Below the pieces are notes generated by a model, which was not told where the DNA came from, searched no databases, and saw nothing but the letters and a program-made list of their open reading frames with translations. The position numbers and the translations under genes are program-made. From Neoconidiobolus thromboides FSU 785 (Eukaryota; Fungi; Entomophthoromycota), in the NCBI GenBank assembly GCA_025603075.1, contig MU626310.1, positions 1 to 64,000 on the forward strand: a stretch of 64,000 bases of DNA, written 5' to 3'. This document shows positions 39,118-50,305 of this stretch, piece by piece (position 1 is the first letter of the stretch; each line of letters starts with the position of its first letter).

Positions 39118-40029
39118 TTAGCTAAAATTTAAGACTCTTAAATTATAAATATTAATCTTCAGCTCACAGTAACTCCAATGCTTATTTTGTGAAGTAGTGG
39201 TTCGAAATAACCCATATTAGGTTTATTTGATATGAAAGGCTGTACTATTCTTAATCAAAAGCACTGGTTTAAAAGTAAAATAGTCTAAATAATAGTTTTT
39301 AGTAAAGGATATGATAACTTTTATAAGAATATAGCATAATTATTCTTAAAAAATTACAACACTTCTTATTACATAATATTTTAATCAACCTTTTGTTGTA
39401 ATTATTTGATTTTTTTAATTTAAGGTCTTATTAAAGGTTATTCAATATTATTTAAACTATAAATATAAAAAAGACACTTCAATAGCCTACTCATAATATA
39501 GTGGGTTTTACAGATTTATCTAAAATCAAGTAATTTCAAAGAGAAAAAAGTTCAAAAAGAAAGGTGTTCAGAATAGTCAAGCCCATCTTATAGTGGAATC
39601 TCATCTTTTACTTACGTGTGCCATTTGGCTCAATTTTAAAATGTTTTATTATTTGTAATTGCTTTAGAAATTGGTTACTTTCATAAAAGTTTCATCAATA
39701 GCTAGATTAATTTTTCAATTCCAATTTTGGTTTAACCTTATTGAAATATAACTATACAGTCTGAATTTCAATTTAATATTTATTATCTTTCTAAAACTAA
39801 AAAAAATAGTCGGTGTGAATGTCAGTCCGAGAGTTAAAGAGCAAGAACAAGAACATTTTGGTTTACTGTAAAAACAAAGACAACTTATATAGCTATTCAA
39901 GGTTTCAACTCTTTAAAAAATGTTTATAAAATTTCCAATAAGTTTATTAACAGCTCCTGCCCTAAATACAATATTAGTTAAATCATAAACAGTTAGCTTT
40001 TCATTTACAATTTTCTTTAAAAATTTAAT

Positions 40030-40480
40030 TAAAAACAAAACTTTCTAGAATAAGCTACATCAAAATCACCAAACATAAATTTAAGCTCATCTACTATATG
40101 TATTAGTTGTTAGTAGATTAAACATTGAATTGCTTCATCATTGAAGCGCTGTAATATCATGTAATTTTAGCAATTTCAAAATCTCTGATTTTGATATTAA
40201 TTGAAATACTTATATATACTTAAAAATTATAAAATCCCATTGTAAGATATAATGGTCCCCTCCTCATTTACTTCTTTCTTACCAGCTTATCCCTAACTCT
40301 CTAAAGCCTTCTGTTATTGTGCTCTTTTTCTTTGTGCATTTGTTTATGCTTTTGACTTGTGGTTTATTTATGTTTATTGTACCAAACTGTTAATCGGCTG
40401 TTTCTTATTCTCTGCCTTAGAAACTGAAGACCTGTTGCACTTTTCAAATTTATAATACAGACCATAATTTTAGTATCTTA
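40030..40480 (-). mobile_element. Possible LINE APE-endonuclease relic between the Kelch paralogues
   Basis: A single minus frame with several stops reads ...FLSIY...DELKFMFGDFD, recalling the IY...GDFN order of APE domains. Confidence 0.3.
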
Positions 40481-40930
40481 AACTTGACTAGATCTAAACC
40501 CTACTCCTAGGAACTCCCCTCTCTTCTGATTATATCATATCCTCTCTCCCATTGCTTTTCTCCCTTCTTACCACTAATCCTCAATTTTATACATCTTTCA
40601 AGATTTCAAAAAAAGCTATAGCAGCCTAATTAATGATCAATGCTATAAGTATCTTGATAACTGTAAATTAAAAGGTAAATAGCTAAAGCAACCGAACAAA
40701 GATAAAAGAAAGTTTAAAAACTATAACTCGTTTCACTTTATTTCTTAAATATCTACAAGCAATATTAGTACCATTTATTTTGAAGAATATTTAGTTCTAA
40801 AAACTAAGTTAAAAACTGAAAGTTGCCTATAAAAATAATGTTTAGAATATTTTTTAAGCGAGTTAAAAATTAGATGCTTGAAAGTTTTAAAAAGTGTGAT
40901 AATAGAAACAATACATATTTTAATTTTAAT

Positions 40931-42298
40931 TTATAGCGTTTGGTCGAATTCAGGTTCATCATCATCGAGCATAAAATTTGGATCTTTAATAATAAACACC
41001 GTGTTGCTATGTGTTGGCTCAGGGATAGTCAAAGGCACTTTTTTTACAATACGATATTGTTTGAGCTTCTTATACAAAAAATAAGTTAGAGCGATTAATA
41101 GTATAACCCCTACGAGTCCACCAATTGAGCCGCTAACAATAGTAGATACTTGACTTTTAGGTTTTGATTCTTCCATCTCTTTCGCTGAAGGCAATCGATT
41201 TACTAAAGTATAATTATTTAAGCTAATTATCTGCATTTTCGAATAAAGTTCCAGACGTAAGCCAAAGCCATATAAAAGATAGCCATTATAGTGCTCTAAG
41301 TAACCTAATATAGTACTGACCAATCCAGGTATATAATACTTTTCCCAAGTAAGACTATCTAAATTTAGAACATATAATGAACTATCTGTAAATCTTTCAA
41401 CATTTTGATCATCAGTACCACCTAATATATAAACGAGATTATTAACTTTTTTTAGGCCAAAAATAGAACGTATACTCGGAAACTCGCCTGATGTAGTTTG
41501 ATTATGCCATTTTTCATCTTTGATATTAAAACTTACAATAGTATCAAATCCAATAAATTCATTTGAGGGAGTATCAACACCTCCGAATAACATTAAGTTT
41601 CCATTATGTATAACTGAATTATGAGTACCGATTGAATATTGACTGTTCTCCCCAACAGTTCTCCATTTATCATATTTAGTATTGTAAATGACTAAACCAT
41701 GATAAGCACCTTCCCCCGCTTCTTCTTTCATTTTTTCACTAGTATATCCGCCACCAAATAAAATTAGCTCATCTGGATTTAAATCGTTTCGAGTTAAGGT
41801 TGACGCAAAAGGTCCATAACTTAAATGAGAGTCACCTGATTTAGTGAAGTTTAAATTCTTAATAAACTGGCTTCCTACAGGATCGATTTTCCATGTTTTT
41901 GTTTTGGTGTTAAATACCTTTACACTCTCCTCGAGCGGCGTGAGCATTCCTCCTATAATTAAAAGGTCTTCCGAGTTATTGTCCTTTTTAATAACATTAT
42001 GGTAGAGCAATCGATTTAAAGGTTGATCTATAAGAAAATCGAATTCCCAATCTTTTTCTTGGTCATTGTTGAGGTCCATCCCTTTTCTAAGGTCTATATA
42101 GTAAACTTTGCTATTCGAGTTACTTTCGTTAATATCTTCATCTTCTGTAAAATCTAATAAATCAAGACCACCAACTACATACATCACATCATTAATAACA
42201 TCTCCATTAGCTCCAGATATTCCTGGTACATCTGAACAGTTTGGACTCTTCAAAAATAGCAAATATAGGAACACTAACTCTAAAAGATTTGAAAACAT
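40931..42298 (-). CDS. Kelch-type beta-propeller type I membrane protein, paralogue 2 (455 aa)
   Basis: Colinear with 37702..39117 throughout (KWHNQTT.GEFP, SSLYVLNLD, YSKMQIISLNNYTLV); signal peptide, TM and tail conserved. Confidence 0.85.
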   Translation of the reverse strand: MFSNLLELVFLYLLFLKSPNCSDVPGISGANGDVINDVMYVVGGLDLLDFTEDEDINESNSNSKVYYIDLRKGMDLNNDQEKDWEFDFLIDQPLNRLLYHNVIKKDNNSEDLLIIGGMLTPLEESVKVFNTKTKTWKIDPVGSQFIKNLNFTKSGDSHLSYGPFASTLTRNDLNPDELILFGGGYTSEKMKEEAGEGAYHGLVIYNTKYDKWRTVGENSQYSIGTHNSVIHNGNLMLFGGVDTPSNEFIGFDTIVSFNIKDEKWHNQTTSGEFPSIRSIFGLKKVNNLVYILGGTDDQNVERFTDSSLYVLNLDSLTWEKYYIPGLVSTILGYLEHYNGYLLYGFGLRLELYSKMQIISLNNYTLVNRLPSAKEMEESKPKSQVSTIVSGSIGGLVGVILLIALTYFLYKKLKQYRIVKKVPLTIPEPTHSNTVFIIKDPNFMLDDDEPEFDQTL

Positions 42299-42699
42299 TT
42301 TGATGTGATTTGTACTTTATTTTTTGATATTTATGTCATTTGTAATAAAAGAACATTTTAATTAATTTAAAAAATTAGTATAGCTCATTGGATATTTGAA
42401 TGTTCTATGTAGAACTTCATAAATAATAATACAAAGGTCCAATCCCGAACAGTAAATATATGATTAAGCTCATTTGTAAATGTCTTTTTGGATAAAACAT
42501 TCTCTCAAATCATGCACAAGTTCAATTATTTCAATTTATATATAACCTCTTGATAGATTCAACTTTTGGAGACTAAAACGCCTGATATGGTTGCTTTTAC
42601 ATGATTTTACCATCAACTTATCAAACTGTAAGCTCGGAAAATAAAAAATAACTTAAAGGAAGAGTATTCTCCTTTTAAACTCGAAAAGAACATTCCTTT

Positions 42700-43840
42700 A
42701 AAACTTTTATAAGTAATATTCTTAAGTAAAGATGTAATAATGTGATTTTGATAAAGCTAGAGTATAAAATATTACAATGCTGAGATAATATGTTTTAGTA
42801 AAGTTAATCCTCATGTTCTTTACTAATTTCCCCATCGGTTTTTTGAGTAGTATGGGCATTAATTGGATTAACTATAAAAGTATTAATTATCAAAGCAAAC
42901 TTTACTAAAATACAAGACAGAGTGAAAATTCCTTTGTATATTTCTATAAGCTGAAATGACTCACTTAAGTTGATTTTCTGACAATGAAAGAATATACTTC
43001 ATTTAATCTGTTGTTCCTTCCATAACTATTTCTTTTTAAACTCTCTAATTAATCAATCTGGGCAATATTTGGGTGTGTTTTTTTTGGCTTCATTACTTTT
43101 TCCATCTTTTAAGCGCTATTTGAGTGGAAAAATTATTAGTGAGATTCTTAAATACAAAAATACATCCCCATTTAGATCCAAGCTGTGTCAACGATTGCCT
43201 TTTCAATAGCCCTAATAATTTCTTGTATTACTTCAATAGCACCAACTGTAATTGCGGTATATTTTTGATCTGTTGGTATTTGATAATGTATATTTATACC
43301 TATATCTACTACAGATTTTTCAATTTCAGAAAGTGCTTTAGTGGAATGAGTTGATAAATCACTTGAATCAGTGAACCTTGCTGATATGGTTATTCCTAAA
43401 CCCACACAATCTAATGCTATATCTGTGATAAATAATTTTTTATAAGTATGAGATTTTTAAATTAAAGCTCTTATAATCAATACTGATATTAAGTGTTTTA
43501 TTTGATAGACCTTAAATAGTGATAGAGTATAAGTTAGATTGAGTTTACGTAAGATTATAAAATATAGGCAAGGCGTTCTCAGTTTAGCTTGGGATTTAAT
43601 CAAATCAAGCAGGTTACTTAAGTTGCACCTAATGTCCTTTTGGTTTTAGGCATTAATAGTGTGACCAATGGAGTTTTATAGTATTTAGGTTTCCAAACAA
43701 TCAGCCTAATATGCAAAATAGCTTCAATGATAATTAAGGTTGTTATAATTGGGTTGCTTCAACCATTCTCTAATCCACTTGAAATACTAAATGGGGTTGA
43801 TAATGACGATAGCCTAGCAACTACAGGTGTTCAGGGATTG
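42700..43840 (-). pseudogene. Degenerate coding-like relic interrupted by a MITE at 43071-43169
   Basis: ORF 43172..43405 plus stop-riddled flanking frames (TCSC*AIVIINPI*YFKWIREWLKQ); family not recognised. Confidence 0.25.
43071..43169 (+). mobile_element. MITE copy
   Basis: ATTT|GGGTGTG...ACATCCCC|ATTT; non-palindromic 4-bp TSD. Confidence 0.95.
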
Positions 43841-43844
43841 GTAT

Positions 43845-43924
43845 GATGGTGTTTTTTTGTTTTGCCACTTTTTTGTTTTTTCACTATTTGAGTGAGGGAA
43901 TTATTGGTAAATTCTTAAAAGAAA
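43845..43924 (+). mobile_element. Degenerate or truncated MITE copy abutting the next copy
   Basis: GGTGTTTTTTTG...CTATTTGAGTGAGGGAATTATTGGTAAATTCTTAAA matches the family interior. Confidence 0.65.
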
Positions 43925-43929
43925 TATAT

Positions 43930-44026
43930 GGGGATGTTTTTCTTGATTTCATTACTTTTTCCATCTTTTAAGTGTTATTTGAATGGAAAGATTGTTAGTA
44001 AATTCTTAAACAAAAGATACATCCCC
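43930..44026 (+). mobile_element. MITE copy
   Basis: ATAT|GGGGATGT...ACATCCCC|ATAT. Confidence 0.95.
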
Positions 44027-44521
44027 ATATCCTCATATAAAGCTTTGGAAAATATTTATTGGCTCAATATTAAAAATCCAACAGGCTCAAAAGTAGGCAT
44101 GGATAATTTGCTGGGGAAAAGGGTAGATTCATATAGAAAAGAGTAATAGATCTATATCCAAATGCCAAAATTATCAACACCTGAAGTTGAACCCATAATC
44201 AGAATACTTTCTATAAAAAAACTGCAAAGTATTTAATGAAAAACTGTGTTTGTACTATTGTTTTGTATTTAATGCTGATACAGCTTATTCTATTAATAAA
44301 AATTATTATAGTTGCATGGATAATATTAATCTTACTGTTAATAAATATATTTGAGTAAATCAATCTTACTATATCTAAAAAGATTTTGTATATAAAAAAT
44401 CATTACATTATAATTTTGAGTTAACATGAGTTGGCATAAAATTGGTATAAAATTGGTATAAAATTTAAAATTTAACGGTTTTTTAGCTGAGAATTAATTA
44501 TGAAAACAAATTTTAGTATAT

Positions 44522-44622
44522 GGAGATGTATTTTTGTGTTTAAGGATTTTACTAACAAATTTTCTGCTCAAATAGTACTTAAAAAATGGAAAAAGTAATG
44601 AAACCAAAAAAAAAATACTCCC
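44522..44622 (-). mobile_element. MITE copy
   Basis: ATAT|GGAGATGTA...AATACTCCC|ATAT. Confidence 0.92.
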
Positions 44623-45406
44623 ATATTCTTGATTAGAATATTAATGTTTTTAACATGTTTCATTGTTTTATAGTAAAATAAATGTATGAAATATTTTTTA
44701 TATTATTTGATATCTATATAGGACTTTTGACGTTTTAATATTCATTTAAGTATTTATTTCAACTTCAAAAATTACATAAATTCCAGCACACTTGTAGTTA
44801 TATAAATTCAATCAAATCTAACTCTTAATAAATATTTTTCAACCTTCTGCTAAGATCTGATTATTTAATACTAATAAATGTGATAGTTTGCTTTTTAGCT
44901 TTACGTTATAGATAGGGGATCATTCCAGGAAATAGTGTGATGCAAAGGATGAACACAATAGTAGAAACCATATAATTTCATCTCCAATCAAAATTTCCAT
45001 TAGCTGGAATTACAAAAGAATTGTTGATCAATTTTAGAAACAAATGATATCAAGTTTATGGAAGTAAACATAGCTTTACTTTCTACCGAGGTTAAGTCCT
45101 TCTAATAGCATCCTCATCAGTGAAAATAATAACAGACAAAAAGTAAAAAGCATAAAAAACAAAGAACGAGTTTCCCATACTAAGAAATATTATACTTAAA
45201 AGATGATACGGGGCTGCCCAAATTGGTTTCAGAATTTACTTTGAGATTAATCTAAATTTTAAGTTTTTAAATTTGTGCCTTTAATGTGACGGCTAAATCT
45301 AAAGAGCTTAAAATTAAATCTTGTTAAGAGCTTATTTTAATTGTTTCCTTTTTTTAAATACCTAATTTTTCTAACTATATGTTTATGTTATTTCTATTAA
45401 ATATTT

Positions 45407-45503
45407 GGGGATGTTTTTCTTGATTTCATTACTTTTCTATCTTTTAAGCGTTATTTGGATGGAAAGATTGTTAGCAAATTCTTAAACATAAAAATACATC
45501 CCC
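45407..45503 (+). mobile_element. MITE copy nested in the Sola-like element
   Basis: ATTT|GGGGATGT...ACATCCCC|ATTT. Confidence 0.95.
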
Positions 45504-46139
45504 ATTTAATAGATACATAATATATAGTTACATGAATACAGTTATTTGACTTTATTTTGTGGAATATCACTTTTTTAGCTTCATTATTGATTATGGGATA
45601 ACAATTACTTAAGTTGTTGTGCTTTCGACTTCAGAGACAATTAATCTCATGGTCTTGTTTTGATTTGATATGAGAATTTGTCATGTGATTCTGAAGGCCA
45701 TTACCTCCCCGTTTTGCTATTTATGCTTGTTGTAGTATAAAAGAGATCCTTCAACATAGTAGCTTGAAACTTTTAACTGAATTATTTCCTGATATCGTAC
45801 ATTTAATAAAGCCGCTAAATTTTCTTAATATTATTTTATCTAGGTTTTACAGTAGTATTGTCTATTATATTTGCCTTACATAGTCCATAGTCTGTTACGT
45901 GGTATTCTTCATAATTCAAGTCTATCTTAGTTACATAAACCAAGACCTTTCGACTTACAGCATAGCCAACTAAGCAATCTCTGTTTTCGACTCCAAGTCA
46001 CTGAGTACCAGATTTCGCAATTTTTTGTTAAAACAGAAGCAAAATGCAAGCTTTCATAACTAAATTTCAAAATGGGATTTTTAAAATTTTAATACAATAG
46101 GGAGGAAGTACACAATATAAACATTTTAATTGATTTACA

Positions 46140-47820
46140 TCGATTTTAAGAGCTACTTATAACAACCCAGGGTTTACGAAATTTTATAATAAAATAAAAC
46201 AGAGCAAAGATATATTATCGAAGTTTATTATCGATGATAACAAACTTAATCAAGCAATGTATAAAATTAGTGCTTTAAGGGAAACAGGAAATAAAAATCA
46301 ACAAGTAGGATTATTATCAACTATGGCTTCAGTATATTCTTTTGATGAATGTAAAAGCTTTGGGTTTAATATAAATAAAAATCAATATGACTATTCAAAA
46401 ATAAGTAACAATAATAAAATATCAACATTACAATCTATTATTAAAAATACAAAAAAAATTAAAGATAAGCGAATTGAAGCTATTATACGATATTTACTAA
46501 ATGATTCAACTATTTCATCAAGATTTAATAAAAAAGTAATGACAGTAAATATTCATCAGATAATATATATATATTAAATAAAAGTAGAAGAATGATATAC
46601 AGTAAGTATTTGAATGATTTAAAAGACAAAGTAGTAGCTAGGTCAACATTTTTTAAACATATACCAAGTAATTTCAAAAATCCAGCAAGAAAAACGGATC
46701 TATGTAATATATGTACCCAGTATACAGTTAGAAAAAAGTTATTTGAAAACAAAATAAATACAGCAAAAAACAAAGCAGAGATAGAAGAAACTCTCAATGA
46801 AGAAGAAAAATTATACAGATTACATAAATTCTGTGTTGATACTCAAAAAAACACATTTAATGAAACTATTAGAAAATTAAATAACAAAAGTTGTATAATA
46901 GTTTTAGATTTTAAACAAAATATGGAAATAGGAACAAGACCAGATTCAATAAATCTAGATCATTATAATAAACAAGCTATATCAGTATTAGGCTTTGGTG
47001 TTTTATATTTAAAAGATGATAAAACAATAGTCAAAGTTTACTTTGATTATTTATCTGAAATATTAAATCATGATTCAGCATATGGGGATGTATTTTTTTG
47101 TTTAAGAATTTCACTAACAATCTTTCCACTCAAGTAGTGCTAAAAAAATGGAAAAAGTAATGAAATCAAAAAAACATTCCCATATGAGGAGATTGTTTAA
47201 TCGATTTAATCTCTACAGAGCTTTTATTTAAAAAGTTTACAAAAACTAATACATGGGTAGATACAGGAAATCATTTTAGATCACAAAGGTTCCCACATTA
47301 TATATTTAAGGAAATTCATAAAATAAATAGTAGTTTAAATATTGATCTTAATTTTTTTCCTGAACATCATGAAAAAATATAGTTGATGGACATTTTGGAA
47401 ACCTTTCAAAATGCAAAAGTAGTTTGAAGCATTAGGTAAAATAGAAGACATTAATAATTAATTTCAAGATTTGAGGCTTTTATTTGCGAGCATAATAAAA
47501 TTAATAACTCGACTGTAAATAATGAGAAAACAGATATAATTTTTAAAAAGTATGAAAGAAACAAAAATACAAAAAGAATAATAGAGATGCAAGGCATTAA
47601 GAAGTATTTACACTTTATTAAACATAACAATAAACTACATTGTTATCCAGTATCTGATATATCAAAAAGAATTGAGTAATTCTAATTGGAATTATAGAGT
47701 CTATAGAAAATAGAAAAATTAAAAGATTAATCCCAGCTTACCTTATGAAAATAACAAAGAATTTAAAATTTTCGATATTTACTAAGCAAGTAAGTAGTTT
47801 GTTAAATGATAGAAATAGAT
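46140..47820 (+). pseudogene. Sola-like (Sola2-type motifs) transposase pseudogene
   Basis: Motifs TDLCNIC, VLDFKQN, WVDTGNHF and FFPEHH(G)KNIVDGHFG; frameshifts near 46550, 47187 and 47372; MITE insertion at 47084-47181. Family assignment is from recalled motif patterns. Confidence 0.75.
47084..47181 (-). mobile_element. MITE copy inserted in the transposase
   Basis: ATAT|GGGGATGTA...ACATTCCC|ATAT within codons ...HDSAY. Confidence 0.95.
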
Positions 47821-48670
47821 TGTTAAATGTTAAGATTACTTAAGTTATTAATAGTTAAGTTAATAAATACTCAAAGAACAAGTAACTGTAATAATATGTA
47901 AAAACTATTATTACTTGTACTATATAGGGATGGTTAATTATAATTTTGGGGCTAACCACTCCCTCCCATCCAGCTATTTATTAACTTGGCAATATATTAA
48001 TAATGTAATTATAACATTAAAATAGTTTATTTATTTGATAACAAATCTACAATGTTGGTTATAAAGCAGTCAATAATAAATATTTCCCAATAAAGTTTTA
48101 TAAGAACATGTATTTAAGATCTATTAGAAATCCAGCTAACTTATAGTATAAACTATAATAGAATGATTTAGAACTGTGTCTGGGTACTTTTATTTTGATA
48201 AAAAATTTGATTTTATAGAATTTTAAGCAAAGTTTTTAAAGTACGAATTTTTTTAAAAATTGGATAAAATAATGAAACTAATTCAGACAACCCCATATTA
48301 TAGATTTTAAATTAGAGTCAAAAGAATCAAGATAATTTTATGATAATAAATATAAAATTACAGCTTTTTTATAATAAAACTGTTACGTCTTAAAAAATAA
48401 ATATATAAAATATAGAAATATTGTTACATACTATGTTTTTGTTAAGGGGTCAATGGCTCCGCAGTATGGTTAGCATTTCAAAAAACTTAGCATCGTAAAT
48501 TAATTCATATATTTAGAATGATATTTTAAAATATTGTTATATCAAAAAAAGTTATCCAAATTACGCACTACAGATTTTTTTGAAAAATTACAGTTATAAT
48601 ACAAGAATAAAAGCTATTTTATTAATTGCTGGTCTTGAAATCATGAATTGGTTTAAACCTAATTACAAAT

Positions 48671-48767
48671 GGGGGTGTTTTTTTGTGCTTAAGAATTTTG
48701 CTAACAATTTTTCCATTCGAATAACGCTTAAAAATGGAAAAATAATGAAATCAAAAAAAACGTCCTT
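48671..48767 (-). mobile_element. MITE copy
   Basis: AAAT|GGGGGTGT...AAAACGTCCTT; interior matches the family. Confidence 0.85.
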
Positions 48768-49096
48768 AATATTTAAAAAATTCATATCTCTTTTCATGTC
48801 ATTAAATTTTAATATAGTTTTATTGCCTCATTTTAATACAATCGAGATTAAATCATTCCCCCTTCTAATCGTTACTTTGGTTGAATCAAATGATGCCAAA
48901 TCTAAATGAAATCAAAAAATGACAGCGCATAATATGCTAAAACTATTGCAGGTTTAATAAAATTTGAATCTTGGAAGATTAATTCATAAAATTTAAGGAT
49001 TTTGAAAATAAAAATAAGTTTAAAGAATTTATTGAAAAAAGTAAAATAATATAATTAAAATCAGTACAGTAGCATAATAGGTAATATATACAAAAC

Positions 49097-50305
49097 TTAA
49101 CAAATACCACCTAATCGTACATCCCAATAAGTTAAGTGATCGTTAATGGAAAGAATAGGGGCTCTGGCTAAAGAGCATTTTTCATCTTCCAATGCTTCAT
49201 CGGAACACACATAAGCTCGATTCTTATAAATATGTAGCTCTCTCTGGTAATGAACATATTCTAAAATTTTTGGTGGTAAGTGGGGGACAATATCTCTATT
49301 AAAAACAACCCTTGTGGAGCTAAGGTATTTGCTATTTAACCATAAAGCAAAAGCCTTATTTCCGACTCTTGGGGAACCATAAGTAAATAGTTGAATCCTT
49401 CCCCATGGCAAATTTAAATGTTGCTGTAATTCAATCGTAGCTAGGTTGGCTAAGGCACCACCTAAAGAATGACCAGTAACGATCAAAGCATGATCTGGGT
49501 ATCTAATAAGTAATTTTTCAATTCTGGGTGAAAATAAAGGAAATAGAGCATCGATCGCATTTTTAAACCCAGTGTGGACTTTCATTTTAGGATCCCCATC
49601 CTTTACCTTATAATGTGTTTGACGGAAATTTAAATTAGTAATCCAATTCTTTAAGTTACTACTTCCTCGAAACGACAAAATAATTTGGCTTTTGTGATTA
49701 TCAATTGCTATAAAGCCACGCCCTTTGGTATCCTTATGATAGAATATATCAATTATAGTGACTGCGCTACCAAGCACCTGACAATGGTGACATATCCATT
49801 GTTTTAAATTGCCATCGCTACAATACGCAGCTCCAGCATATCTAGCAATACGTTTGGACTCTAGCTCACTGCTGATCACTATATTACTTTGAAATAGTTT
49901 GTTACTTTTTTTATTGAAATGAGAATTCAAAAAATATTCTTCAGCTTGAGGACCATAAGTTATGTCTTCAAAAATAGTTTGATTCAATACCACTGAATAC
50001 CTTATACTAGATTCAACTTCAATATCTAACTCTAAAGAGGTAGATATTGTATTAGAAGTTTCGTAAGTCTCATAGGCTTCTGTACTAATGTAAGATGAAT
50101 AAAGGGATTCGAAAGGAACAAAACGAGATGAGGAAGGAGTAGCAGATGGATTTACATGGATATCGACTTCCTCGACAATGGTTAACTTGGAAGTGACTTG
50201 AAGAGATTCAAGGGTGATTAAGGAGAAGTCTTCTTCTGGTTCGTGTAACTGGGAATAGACTACTGTTGTAAATAGGTAGGAAATTAAGACTCTAGTAAAG
50301 CGCAT
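49097..50305 (-). CDS. Secreted class-3 (fungal triacylglycerol) lipase, 402 aa, with S/T/E-rich prosegment
   Basis: Signal peptide; SFRGSS lid region; VHTGF; TGHSLGG nucleophile elbow; TYGSPRVGN; DIVPHLPP; DHLTY. Confidence 0.93.
   Translation of the reverse strand: MRFTRVLISYLFTTVVYSQLHEPEEDFSLITLESLQVTSKLTIVEEVDIHVNPSATPSSSRFVPFESLYSSYISTEAYETYETSNTISTSLELDIEVESSIRYSVVLNQTIFEDITYGPQAEEYFLNSHFNKKSNKLFQSNIVISSELESKRIARYAGAAYCSDGNLKQWICHHCQVLGSAVTIIDIFYHKDTKGRGFIAIDNHKSQIILSFRGSSNLKNWITNLNFRQTHYKVKDGDPKMKVHTGFKNAIDALFPLFSPRIEKLLIRYPDHALIVTGHSLGGALANLATIELQQHLNLPWGRIQLFTYGSPRVGNKAFALWLNSKYLSSTRVVFNRDIVPHLPPKILEYVHYQRELHIYKNRAYVCSDEALEDEKCSLARAPILSINDHLTYWDVRLGGIC

Larger units (their letters stand above)
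45210..48294 (+). mobile_element. Decayed Sola-like DNA transposon (~3.1 kb including two nested MITEs)
   Basis: TIRs GGGGCTGCCCAAATTGGTTTCA (45210) and reverse complement GGGGTTGTCTGAATTAGTTTCA (48294) are 17/22 identical; flanks are ATAC/ATAT. The element encodes a DDD-type transposase relic, and its 3' region recurs at 297-935. Confidence 0.8.

Noticed and set aside
48580-48909. 109-aa ORF
   Set aside because: Runs through a reverse-oriented MITE (48671-48767) and AT-rich flank; no protein-like features.
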